DNA of 64,000 nt from contig OZ024740.1 in assembly GCA_964016885.1 (NCBI GenBank), positions 47,616,001-47,680,000 of the forward strand, read 5' to 3'. The position numbers and the translations under genes are program-made. The DNA comes from Eledone cirrhosa (lineage: Eukaryota). Numbering within the stretch: position 1 is the stretch's first letter; the number at the start of each line of letters is the position of its first letter. This document shows, piece after piece, positions 51,807 through 64,000 of this stretch. Below the pieces are notes generated by a model that did not search any database, was not told the origin of the DNA, and was given only the letters and a program-made list of their open reading frames with translations.

Positions 51807-53214
51807 ACACTTGTACCTTCTTGAAGGAGAAGATTTCTTTCTTATCTGCATCATTCCATGAAACTAGAACTAAGCACTAGTCCTTAAAAGACTCTTAAGG
51901 CTTTGGGGGTATTTTTGTTGTATTTACCTAACCTTTAACACTAACTACTTCCTTATCTTTAACATTTCCCTTATTACTGTATTTTGACAGTGTCTGGTTG
52001 GTTCAAGCTGTTGATTGATACCTCACTTTTGATTAGATAAAATTGTTTTTACTCTAAGAAAGTATGTAAACTTGGATAAGTTTGTATGCCATAAAGATAT
52101 GTTAGTACTGGTGTTTCAAGTCAAGGAAGTTTTTACTGTGGTTGTTGTTGTTTTATGCTGCAGGATCATAGTGTCATTTGTATAGTTGATGCGAATATGA
52201 AACAGTTAAAGACATTAATATATTAGCCAGTTGTTACTGCCACCTTGCCTCATATGATATGTTTGTTTCTGCTTTGTTTACCTCACTGCTTCAACTTTAA
52301 CCATTTCCTCTCCCATTTTATGTTTCAAGTGATTCCAGTTGACAGTTTTGTCATCATTGTACTTATGATGGCTATTTTGGTTTCATTTTAGTTTAAGAAA
52401 AAATAAAAAATATAAAAACTGCATCTTGATTATGTCAGTCCCTACATTATTTTTATTTTTTCTCTTTTAAGCTATAATCCCAAGTACTAGTTAGACCACA
52501 TTGCATTCATAGTAGGGAGCACAGATGCCTGCCTGCAGTTTCCTCCTATTTTTCTTTCTTTTTTTTTTAATCATGCTAACACTAATTGATTGACAATTTC
52601 CCCTTTACTAACAGAATGAAACTAAATAATAACGATGTGAGTATTTAAGGTAAGTAAGCTTAATTGCCTCTTCATAATATTTACAAAAAGAATTATATTT
52701 ATTGTTGTGAGCAAAAGGCATGCCTAGAATTTTTTTTTTTTTTTCTACAATGATTTGGTTTTGTTAAGGACAGTTGTTTTCTCCTGTGGTTCTGTTGACA
52801 GCTTCTTTCCAAAGCATCATCAAAGATGTCCATCATTTTGTTTGTGTTTTTCCATTTCTTGAATTGCTTTCGATTATATAATTTAATGCTATGTGTAATA
52901 GCTGCACTTTTATATAGCTGGTTGTTTCCATCATGCAGTCAATTCACCTGCCTTGAAACTACCTTACTCACTGTTCAGTTTCCTAGCTTCAAAACCTTTC
53001 AGGCTACTATATATCATATTTGGCTAGTTTTTATCAATATTCTTGCTTGGACGAAATAAGCTATTTCATTTTCAAAAATTTTTGAAGACATCATTTTTAT
53101 TTCTATCAATCTAATTATTTATTTATTCATTAAATATCCATTTCTGTACTGAGCTTTAGGAATTACATTGAGAAGATTTTCCATTGTTTTCATTAGATGG
53201 ATTTGAAACCTAAG

Positions 53215-53410
53215 AAAGGAGAAGGAGCTGGAGTAGTGACATATATTTCTTTCCTTAGGACATTAGTAATGTAAGGAAAAGAGAAGGGGCTGGAGTTGCG
53301 ACATATATTTCTTTCCTTAGGACATTAGCAATATAAAGAAAGGAATGGAGAAAGGGCTGGAGTAGTAACATATTTTTTTTCCTTTGGACTTTAGCAACGT
53401 AAGGAAATTG
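53215..53410. repeat. Three ~64-bp tandem units
   Basis: aaggagaaggagctggagtagtgacatatatttctttccttaggacattag repeated. Confidence 0.8.
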
Positions 53411-53519
53411 TTGTGTATACATGTACATATTGTTGGCAATGACTTTGATAAGAAAGATGCTATTGAAGGTTACGTCAATTTTGTCCGCTTCTTGTGCAGG
53501 AATGCTGATGACTAATATG

Positions 53520-54030
53520 ATCAATCCAAGACCAGCAGATCTGTCCATAGTGGCTGCAGAATTGTGCTCTGCTTTGACACAACTTTTCTGCTGGTCTTTT
53601 TTCTCCTCCAGGCTGGCATGATGGTTAGCTTAAAATGCACTGGTACTCTGCCAGATGGTGTGGTGCTAATCATTGTGGTCAACAACCTGGGTAGTCTATT
53701 GGTGGGGATCGATGTTGCATACATTGACGGCCGTTTTTCACCATGTCTTTGTATCACTTTATGTGTGTACCATTGTTACAACAGCCAGAAGATAATTCAC
53801 TATATTGTACGATCTTTATCTGCCAATGGTCTGCCATTCTGGATACATGCCCTGCCCAGTGCAATTGTGTCTTCAGAAGAGTGGCCTTGATACTGGAGAT
53901 CTTGGCTTTTTCAAGGACCCTTATGTTGGAGATGTAGTCACTCCAGTGGATTTTTAGCTCCCAAACCAGAAAAAAGGTTTCACATGATTTAATTGAGAGT
54001 AAATGCTGTATCATCCAACAGAAAAACAAG
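53520..54030 (-). mobile_element. RTE/BovB-like LINE 3' fragment
   Basis: IHWSDYISNIRVLEKA...LHWAGHVSRMAD and CCPCGRVC-like Zn remnant. Confidence 0.75.
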
Positions 54031-54429
54031 ACTTTCTGCTGTTATGATGTGTGTGTGATAAAACAAACAGCACAGACAGAAGGCACATACAGTTAGTTAG
54101 CATAAAATTTAAAGTAAAAGATTCATAAAAAAAAAATATCATATATATAGAAAATATATATATTTGTAGCGCATGTAGATATTACTGTATTCGCTAATCT
54201 GGTTCAAAAATTTAAATAAAATATTTTATTCTTCCTAGTAGGTTTGGCAATCTGTTTACTGTTCTTTCTTCATCTTCTTTACTTTTAAGCGCGTTAAAGT
54301 CAGAACAGTAAATACAATGCCAAACCTACTATGAAGAATAAAATATATTATTTTAATTTTTTAACCAGATTACCGAATACTATAATCACTACACTATAAT
54401 CACATATTTTATATATATATATATATATA

Positions 54430-54680
54430 TTTATATCATCATCATCACGTCCATTTACCAAGTTTGCATGGGTTGGACCGATCCTTCTCAGCACGGCATC
54501 TCTCCACACGTCGCTTTCCTTCATTATTGCCTCTGCCAGTCCTAGTGATTTGAGGTCAGCTCTCACAACCTCTGCCCAGGTCTTTCTTGGTCTTCCTCTA
54601 CTGCGATTTCCTTCCACTGGCATTTCCAAGCATTTCTTCGCCCAGTGGACGTTGTCCATGTGCATCACATGGCCATATAC
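54430..54680 (-). mobile_element. RTE LINE 3' end
   Basis: YGHVMHMD...GNRSRGRPRKTW, (GAT)n tail. Confidence 0.85.
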
Positions 54681-55179
54681 AGATATATATGTATACACAC
54701 ACACACACATATATATGTATATATATATATGATCATTGTTTAACGTCCGCTTTCCCTGCTAGCAAGGGTTGGTCGGATCTACATAGATCTAGTCAGTTCT
54801 GAAGCAGGGGCTACTGATGTCCCAGTCAGGCTGACAATGTCTGTATCTTGCCTTACCTACAGTCATTATCAAGTGTGGAGGAGAAGTCGTCATGTCTTTC
54901 AACACAAAAGGCATTTGCAGAAGATATTTGTTCAAGGTACCATGCAATGGGATAGGACATGAAACCTGTGGATGTTAAGTAAACTTCTTAATGACACAAC
55001 TATTATGTGTGGGAGTGAGTACACGCACACACACTCTCTCTCTGGCTCAGTATTGACGGTCACAAGAATGGGTACTCAATATCATAGTAAGTACTAAACT
55101 TGAGTTGTTGGTATTCTGGACTATCTCCTGTGTCCTCACAGGGTTGTCAGACAAAATGTCTCGATAGATAGATAGATAT

Positions 55180-57028
55180 ATTTCTTTATTAGCCACAGGG
55201 GCACAAAAGAAGGGGACAAATACAAAGGGGGAAGTTTACATACAATAAAAACGTGTAAAATGTTATCACAGATGGAATTTAAAAGTTAGTCGATTTTCCC
55301 CAATAGAGGGAGACAGTTTATATGGGTAACACATACCCCCGAAAAAAATGTGCAACCCTCATCTCCAGGAGTACGAAGAGCTTGTACTCCTTTCCTCTCC
55401 TCCTCCTTTTCCTCAATCTACAGGCTGATATAGAGAGAAGGCCCATTCACTCGGGCCATTCTCGCCACTTTCACCCACCTTTCATAAAACTTGCTGGGGT
55501 ACAGCACCTCTCTCTCCATCCTGATTCTTCTTCCAAAGTGGTATTTGAAAAAAAGAATCAGTTGTTGGCCGGAGAGAAAGGTGTCTGACCTCAGCCCTTT
55601 TAACCTTGTCCACCATACAACCTCTTTCGCCATAGCTATCACACAAAGGAAAACCGCCTCTCCTTCGTTTTTGAAGGAGGGTGGCGGTTTGATCATGACA
55701 ATGGACTCGGTGGTCAACTGGATTGGTCCCACCCGCGACAATAGTCGTTCTACATATCCCCACAGGTCAGTGACGCCCGGGCAGTGTATGAATGCGTGCG
55801 CGACGGTTTCTTCGTCTCGCACGCACCTCGGACAGATCTTTTTTGCAGGGTCCCTGCCCGGGCGCCCATGTCTGTAGAGCTTGTCTCGAACTGGTAGAGC
55901 TCCTCGGTAGCACTGCCAGGCCAGGGACTTTTGGAAGTTGTCCATCGGTCCCGGGCGGAAGGTCCTACCGAACAGACTGGCCAGTTCATCTTCCTCCACG
56001 CCTAGAGTTTCACCGAGCGCGTCGTCGCACTTGCTGCGGACCAACCCTCTATAGAATGACGAAGTGGAGTCTCCACTGATCGCCGGGTCCGCCTGCCAGA
56101 GGGCTGTGAGCGCCTGAGCACATTCGATGTGCCAGTCGCCCATTTTCCTCGGTCTCTGCTTGACCCAGGACTGCAGCTCGGTCAGTGAGACGAGTCGTGG
56201 GAAGGCTCGCCTCACGAACGGGGCCCACACCGGTTGTCCGGTGAGGAATACGTAGAGATGCCGCAGCCTGAGCGCGTGTTTGCGCATCGTCAACCACGGC
56301 ATCCCCAGCCCTCCGTTAGAAGGGTGTTGGCAGCAGATGGATCTTCTTACCAAAGGAGCCCGCCTCTTCCAAAGGAATCGGAAGAGGGCGCGCTCCATTT
56401 TGGCGAGCGTTTTGGCTGGACAAGGCACGACGGTCAAGCGGTAGTAGATGGCGGACGCTATAAAAGTGTTCGCCACCTCCGCTCGACCTTTCAAGGATAG
56501 TTTGCACTCGGCCCACTTCTGGGTGAGTGCAAACACCTTGGCCATCACTTCGTTCCAGTTCTTCTCCACCTGGAGGTCCGGACCAAACCAGACCCCGAGC
56601 AGCTTTACCGGTCCTTCCGTCCAGCGTCCGACGACGCCATCGGAAGGCATCGGTCTGCCTCTCCACGATCCGAGTTGCAAACCGATGGACTTGTCCCGGT
56701 TCAGCTTCGCTCCTGTGAGACTTTCGTATTCCTTTAGTAAGGTGCCGACTTTCTCGATTTGCGAGGCGCTCGACACCATTACTGTCACGTCGTCGGCGTA
56801 GGCCGACGCCGCTTTCCGCAGTCCCGGTTCCAGAGGGATGCCCTGCAATAGCTCCAGCTTCCGCAGTAGTGGCTCGAGAGTCAGTACGTACAGAAGGGAG
56901 GAGAGAGGGCATCCCTGTCGAATGGATCGCGTAATATGGAACGGCTCCGAGAGGTAACCGTTCACCTTGACCCTTGAGCAGATGTTGCTGTTGTGCATTG
57001 CAGCAATCCAGCCCCTGAACACGGGTCC
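55180..57028 (-). mobile_element. 5'-truncated Tx1/L1-clade non-LTR retrotransposon
   Basis: GC-rich uninterrupted ORF2 portion, 3' UTR with AATAAA, (GATA)n at both ends. Confidence 0.9.
55418..57022 (-). CDS. Tx1-like ORF2 fragment: RT C-terminal half + CCHC zinc-binding domain
   Basis: SIRQGCPLSSLLYVLTLEPL, AYADDV, VKLLGV, LSLKGR, GGLG, CPRC...ETVAHAFIHC; no start codon (truncated). Confidence 0.9.
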   Translation of the reverse strand: MFRGWIAAMHNSNICSRVKVNGYLSEPFHITRSIRQGCPLSSLLYVLTLEPLLRKLELLQGIPLEPGLRKAASAYADDVTVMVSSASQIEKVGTLLKEYESLTGAKLNRDKSIGLQLGSWRGRPMPSDGVVGRWTEGPVKLLGVWFGPDLQVEKNWNEVMAKVFALTQKWAECKLSLKGRAEVANTFIASAIYYRLTVVPCPAKTLAKMERALFRFLWKRRAPLVRRSICCQHPSNGGLGMPWLTMRKHALRLRHLYVFLTGQPVWAPFVRRAFPRLVSLTELQSWVKQRPRKMGDWHIECAQALTALWQADPAISGDSTSSFYRGLVRSKCDDALGETLGVEEDELASLFGRTFRPGPMDNFQKSLAWQCYRGALPVRDKLYRHGRPGRDPAKKICPRCVRDEETVAHAFIHCPGVTDLWGYVERLLSRVGPIQLTTESIVMIKPPPSFKNEGEAVFLCVIAMAKEVVWWTRLKGLRSDTFLSGQQLILFFKYHFGRRIRMEREVLYPSKFYERWVKVARMARVNGPSLYISL

Positions 57029-57044
57029 GATAGATAGATAGATA

Positions 57045-57237
57045 TGTTTCTTTATTAGCCATAGGGGGACAAATACAAAGGGGGAAGTTTACATACAATA
57101 AAAACATGTAAAATATTATCACAAATACAATTTAAAAGTTAATCGATTTTTCCCCAATAGGAGGAGACATTTCATATGGGTAACACATACCCCCGAAAAA
57201 ATGTGCAACCCTCATCTCCAGGAGTACGAAGAGTTTG
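57045..57237 (-). mobile_element. Second, 3'-UTR-only copy of the same Tx1-like family
   Basis: Matches 55180-55385; (GATA)n on both sides. Confidence 0.88.
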
Positions 57238-57839
57238 TATAGATAGATAGATAGAGACACACACACTAATACTGCCAGCCATACCCTCTAACATACCACA
57301 CCAGTACCTCCACTCCCTGCACCTACATATGAATCCACTAAGACCATCATAATACATCTAGCATGCCTACTGGTTTGATCTTTGCCATCATTTTCATAAT
57401 GATAGTGATATAGGAAATGCATTAATAGAAGCAACTGTTGTTTGAAATGATGTTGTATGTCATCATAAAATGACAATTAACAAATATCTTTTACTTGAAA
57501 ATGTTTGTGACAATACCCAGAGCTCCAGTGGCTGTTTTAATTTATATCAATAAAAGTGTTTTACAACCACCATATGTATTTCGATCACCATAAATCTGTG
57601 ATTATAATAAACATCTTCCTCTCTCTCTACCTCTCTCTTTCTATATTTGTGTGTAAAATAAAAAAATATTTACCATAATTAGTTAGAAGAATCGATGCTA
57701 AGCCTACAAATATACAAGAAAATTACAGTAAATAAAAAATGAAACAACCATTTTTTAACAAATTTAATGAGATAATTCATTGAATTAATTTTGTGAGCAT
57801 TGATTTTACTATTTGTTTTTGATAACTGTATGGCACCTG

Positions 57840-58290
57840 TGTGCAAAATTAGATGCTGCTTGATTGTGAAACATGGGCATTGACTACTGAGGATATGCTT
57901 AGCCTGGGGAGAAATGAAGCAAGCATGCTTCAATGGATGTGCAATGTTAATGTGAGAGAATGGTAGAGCTTGGATGAACTGAGAGAGAAACTGGGTTTCA
58001 AAGGAATCAGAACTGGTGTGCAAGAGAAGACTATTGGTATGGACTTTGGATGCACATGGATGATGATCTCTGGGTGAAGAAGTGCCAGGTAATCCCAATA
58101 AAAAAAAAAGCTGCAGCAGAATAAAACCAAGGAAGACCTTGGGAGAGGTGATCTCAAATTTCAGCTGATCTCAAAATGTTGAAATTCACAGAGGAGATGA
58201 GGAAGGAATGCAACAAGTAAAACAGTGCTGTGCTGAAAAGGACCTGTCCAACCCATGCAAGTATGGAAAAGCGGATGTAAAAACGACGAC
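57840..58290 (+). mobile_element. RTE LINE 3' fragment
   Basis: Homologous to 38160-38480; ends acccatgcaagtatggaaaagcggatgtaaaa(acg)n. Confidence 0.75.
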
Positions 58291-60369
58291 GATAATTATA
58301 TATATATATATATATATATTATCATCATTGTTGTTTAACATCTGGCCAGTTGGCTGTGCCGTACCCTGCTCACAGCAGAACCATATTTTGGGATCTGGAT
58401 GGTCCCATTATGAGAGTGGTCTGGCCAGTTGGGCGTGCCATGCCTTGCTCATAATGGGACCCCATTTAGGCTGAGATCTTTATAGCTGCTTGGTGGCTTT
58501 CCTACCGCCAATCACATTTACAATGTGGGACTGGGTGGTAGCATTATAAGGAGGGTCTGGCCACTTGACCACACTGTACCATGTTCACATCGGAACTGTA
58601 TTTTGGGAGCTGGATGGTCCCATTATGAGGGTAGTCAGGCCAGTTGACTGCCATTCTTGCTCACAGTAGGGCTGTGTTTAGGCTGAGTTTTTATGGTTGC
58701 TGGGTGGCACCACGTTACTTTCTGGTTCAGTTACAAGGCAAGTCTGGCCAGATGGCTGCACCTCACCTTGCACATTTTCTTTCTTTCTGTTAATGAAAGT
58801 ATTTCTTGCTTTCATTTATATTGGCATCTTTGTTTTTTTGTTTTCTTTTTCTTTTTTATGTGTCATACATGATTTTGAAATGTTAGGTTCAGTCACTAGC
58901 TATTTCTTTCTTTTGTCTTTAAGAGTTTGATTTTTTTTTTCTATTCTTTTTGGTATTACTTTGAGAAAATAAACCTTTCTACACCTCTCTCTCCTTCTCT
59001 ATTTAACCCACCTTCATATCACATTTCTCCATCTACTCTTCTTCTTTGGTTATAATATTCAATACTTGCTGTTCTAACCTTGTTATTTCATTTGGCTTAT
59101 TTTATCTAAGAACTATTTCAAATAATAGTCAGTCAGCTAATAACCACCAACCAAGTTTTTTATGTTCCCCAAAAAGCCTCCTTTTACAGCCATCCAGTTA
59201 CCTGCATTTCACTAACACAATACTTAAGTATTTGAATCAATTGCTATATAGTTCCTCACAGCAAGATCCAATGAGGCAATTTTTAAAATGCTAAACAATT
59301 CAATTCTTGTAAAAGTCCAATATCACCTACATGCCTGCTCAGTTATTTGATTTTATATAAATAGTTGAAAGTATGTTGCTGCTGAGTGTTAATCTCTTAA
59401 ATTATCTTTAATTTAGACTGTATGCTTGCCAATATTGGGTCTGAAAAGGGAATATATAAACAAAACTACCCTAAAATTATTCATTTCATGAATATATTTA
59501 TATGTTCCAACATTTTTTTACATTAATGAAACATGTTTGTAATTTTGATCTAATTAAACATTTTGGAGGAGGAAGTTAACATTTTACTCTTATGTATAAA
59601 GTTAAAACAATAAACTACAATAAAATATGTTTGAATTGTAGAGGAAGATTGATATTTTAATTGTGCAAAGTCTAAACTTTGTTCTACTAATTGTTTTAAA
59701 TAGAACTGAGTTTTTGAAATTAATAAATCATGTAAGTTATAATATAATATAATAAATACTCCTTAGTCATGTAATATAAATTGGCTTGTGAATTTTTTAA
59801 TCTAAATTAGTTTTTCTTGGAAATTAATCTTATAGTTTAGTTATAAGAGTGAGACTAGAGTTAAAATATACATAGATTTTTATTCTGTACACAAAAAACA
59901 TTTTTATAAAGGTGCATGGCCTATTGGTTAGGGTGTTGGTTCACCTCTGCCTTTCTTTTTTTTACTAGAATTATTCAGTTAATGATTGATCTCATCACTG
60001 ACTGTCTTATTTTAATTAATTCTAATTTCTTTGCTTTCTATATCAACTATGCTAGTATTCACTTTACAACCTAACACCACTCTTTGCGGGGGAATCATAT
60101 ATTATAGCTATACACAAATTTCATGATTACCAATAGATAAGTTAATATACATATTGTTGTGAATTCCATACCATTAATATTTCTCTAGACACCAATGTAG
60201 CATAGTTAAAAAAGCTTTATACGCTGAAGTATTTAGATTCATTTATATTTAAAACACACAGTCCTACTGTAGTGGACAGGGAAATATTTTAGATTGATCT
60301 GGAATTTGACTGAAAAAGCAATCAGTTTTTTGGAAATAATTTTATTGGGTAGCCTATATTAACATTTAT

Positions 60370-61232
60370 CATCATCATTATCGCTGTTTAATGTCTATTT
60401 TTCCATGCTTGCATGGGTTAGACACGTCGTCCACGTTATGAGACAAGTCTGGTCAGCTGGCCACACCGTACCTTGCTCAAATGGAACTGTATTTTGGCTG
60501 GGATTTTTACAGCTGGATGCTCTTCTTAACACCAACCACGTTTACAGTATGGAACTGAGTAGTCCCATTCTTGAAGGAAGTTTGGCCAGTTGGCCGAGCC
60601 ATGCCTTGCTCATAGTATGTGGAACTGGGTGGCACTGTTATGAGGCAAGTCTGGCCAGTTGGTCTCATCGTACCTTGTGCACAACAAGACTGTATTTTGG
60701 CTGGGATTTTTACAGCTGCATGCCCTTCCTAACATCAACCACGATTACAGTATGGAACTGGTTGGTCCTGTTATGACAGGTCAAGTCAGATATCCACGCC
60801 ATATGTTGCACAAATCGGGACTATGTGCTGGCTGGGATTTTACGGATGCCGGATGCCCTTCTTAACACCAATCATCTTTACAGTGTGTGACTGGGTGGTA
60901 CAGTTATGGAGAGTCTCTGGCCAGTTGGCTGCACCATACCCAGCTCACAGCAGTACTTTATTTTGGGATGAGGGAGGTTTGGCCAGTTGGCCATACCATG
61001 CCTTGCTCATAGTGGGGCTGCATTACTGGGTGGTGATGTTATGTTGGCTGGAGTTTTATGGTTGCTGGATGCCCTTCCTAACACCAACCACATTTACAGT
61101 GTGGAGATGGCTGGCACCATTATGGGGAGGGTCTGGCCTGTTGGCCGTGCCATCTCCTGCTCACAGCAGAAGTGTGTATTGGGATCTGGGTGGTCCCATT
61201 ATGAGGGAAGTCTGGCGATGCCATGCCTTGCT
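60370..61232 (-). repeat. Degenerate tandem array built from SINE/RTE tail segments (relative at 58320-58760)
   Basis: Repeated ggatgcccttcctaacaccaaccac and tctggccagttggcc..ccatgccttgctca blocks. Confidence 0.7.
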
Positions 61233-64000
61233 CATATATATATTTATAGGTGGTGATGTATCCTTAATTGCATGTTTTTATCTTGTAAGATTAATTAACA
61301 AGAGTTCACGAGATTAACTACTAATTGCCAACATTTTATAGAAAGGTATCACATTCTCCATCTTTGTATTCAACTAAAGTTATGTGTGTAACCTTGACTG
61401 TTACTCATTTGAAATATATATGTCTTTATATCTGATTGGTTGAAGGGTAAAGTATCCATTTAAACTCCTGGGTATTTCATAACTTCTGCTTCGATTGCTT
61501 ATCTTTTTAATTAATTGTACATATGAATGTTTTGCTATTATCGTACTATTTTGTCTTTTGGCTTTCACTGGTTTTCAACCTCATTATAAAACATATGACA
61601 CTCATATTCCTATACATATTGTCTGCATGTTTAACATTTGCTCACTTGAACTGAATGCATAAAGAATCTACTGTTCAAAGAATCTTTTTGACTAGTTCAT
61701 TATATTCATTTTAGAAATCTGATACTTTCAGAAAGGAAAGAACTGCTCTTTTTTTTTTATTTCACTTGACTAGTTATCCAAGGTAAAAGTGAGAGTGGTT
61801 TTGTGTGTGCTGGTGAAAGTGAAATGGTTAAGACTCTTGTTCTCATATATTTCATATAGCAATTTGTAAACAGCAGCTTCACTGGTTACAGGTTTCCATT
61901 AGGCTAATCATTGTTTCACTGCTTTTATGACAAGAGAGTGGCACCAGTTTTTCAGTTATGTTTATATCAGAGAAAAATACATACAGACAGTAGGCTTTCA
62001 CACAGTTTTCATTTATAAAGTTCCTCTCATAAGGTATTGAGCAACCCTTAGCTATGGCTGAAGACACTTGCCCAAGGTATCATGCAGTGGAATTCAGCTT
62101 AGAACTGCATGATTGCAAAGCAAACTTCTAAACCATACAACTATGCTTGCATCCGTATTTCATCACCATCACCACTTCCCATGCTGTTTTTTTTTCTTCT
62201 TTTTTTCTAGTCAGTTCTTATTTGAAATTACTGTTCTCCTACGTGTGTTAAAGGGATCATATCTTACTCATACATTCTATTTTAGCATAGTTTCTACAAC
62301 TGGATGCTCTTGCTAACACCAACCACTTTATAAGGTGTACTGTATTTATGAATCTGAAATGAAACAATAGGACTTGAGGAAACTAGTGATGGTCTGCATA
62401 AGCAAATAGAAACTACGAAAATTTCCACAAAGTGGAATGAATTATTTTTATATGAAGTAGAGTAATCTAAGAATATCTGTGTAAATATATAATTATACTC
62501 TCCCTCACTTCTGTATGACATTGTAGGATTTCTGTATTTTTATAAAATTAAGAAGGCTGTATTGAGTGAAGCAACTTTTAACCATCACCACTTCCACTAC
62601 TAATGAATTAGTTCTAAAGAAGAACTAGGTCAGCAGTGTACAAGAGCTCCCACAGACAGTCTGTGTAGAACTCATCAGAGAACGATAGTAAATAGGAAGA
62701 GGTTGAAAACTGAACTCTGATCAACATGTATCTATACTCTAAATTCCTTACTGATTTCATTGCCAACTCTCAACTTGCTAATAACATCTCTGTACATGAC
62801 TTGTACTACTCACATAACCTATTCATCTATTTTTCTTAACCATCAGACTTCAGAACATGGAATCCTATCAAGATGTTTTGCTAGATTGACAAATATTAGA
62901 TATAAAGGCCTATGTTTCTTGTAGTTGTGTCAGTAGAGAGTATCAGTGGTACCCTGAACAGTATTTTATTTCATCTGAGATATAATTTATTGTTAATCTT
63001 ATCTAACACTTATAATACATTGTAAAGCATTGCCTAGCAGTTATAATACATTCTAAAACATTAAGTCCACTTTGCTCATTTCTATTGCACCAAAAGAACC
63101 TCTAATCATATCAAAACTAGACTGAAAAGCTGTATTTCTTTCCTGTCACACTGTGACTCCTCACAACCAAACTGAGAAGAACAATTTTCATGCTGTGCAG
63201 AAAAAGAGAAGTCGTTTTTTTTTTTTTTTGTTCTGGCTGAACCCTTCGTCTTGAAAACGGGCAATATTTACTGTTGTTGCTGTATAAATAAATTAGGAGT
63301 TGTGAAATGGAAGGAAAATTATTATAACAATAAAGTATAAGGGAGGAATAACGAGGGGGTAGCAAAGAGTGTTAGTGGAAGTGGGACAATCAGCAAGGAG
63401 AAAATACGAAGTCCACCATACAAACACACATAACTGAGTGTACAGACTGTCTTAAGCCAAATGAATGCATAGCATATCAGGACTTGTTGGTCATTGTAGT
63501 TTTTGCAATCAACTGTGTTCCATAAATAAACTATTCATACAGATGTAGTTGGCAATAATTTTTTTCAGTTTGTTTTTTAATATCTATGTGCTCAGTTCAT
63601 GGTTCAATCACCTTTGCATTTGTATGTTTGGGTAAATTTAGATTCACACTATTTAAGCAACTTGGTGCACATATAATTGTTATACCTTGCATAAATAGCA
63701 TTTTTCATTTGCCAGCTTCAGCTTCTGTTGACATTTACCTACGTACCTATCGATTATGATTTCTTTTAATTGTGAAAATCTGCATGTGCAAATTGTTAGC
63801 TGTTACATCAACATTGTCCTCTTGTTTTTTGTTTTACTTTTCTTCATTTTGACATGATTATTGTTAAGAATGTCTCATCTATTCTAATATATCAAAATAA
63901 TTGTAAGTATATGAAGCTATCAAAAACTATGTTCTGTACTAGATTTTGTTTTTAAACAACTGTATATACTCACATATGTAAGTCACAGGTTGTGTTTGTT

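Noticed and set aside
55322-57122. Several alternative-frame and antisense ORFs over the Tx1 element
   Set aside because: Shadow ORFs of GC-rich coding sequence.

Overview
AT-rich, microsatellite-saturated eukaryotic DNA; the SINE/RTE repertoire and (TA)n/(TG)n load suggest a coleoid cephalopod such as Octopus (inference). Only one host coding exon is recognisable: the PH-domain exon of a sesquipedalian/PHETA (FAM109/IPIP27) gene at ~32.7-33.2 kb. The rest of the window to 64 kb looks like its intron. The first 30 kb is a nested pile of transposons: pogo/Tigger, Tc1, Merlin, CRE, RTE and many Penelope-like element (PLE) insertions in (TA)n tracts. The main system is a near-complete PLE (~15.1-21.7 kb) with direct and inverted pseudo-LTRs. 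It is bicistronic: a coiled-coil ORF1 overlaps the RT/GIY-YIG ORF through an in-frame U_UUU_UUA (HIV gag-pol-type) -1 slippery site. Around it are about nine different-looking families of small foldback insertions carrying minimal type I hammerhead ribozyme motifs. These include compensatory U3-A8 core variants and a retrozyme-like ~400-nt tandem unit. Most ORFs in the supplied track are microsatellite artefacts. All pairings were read by eye; no searches or folding programs were run.
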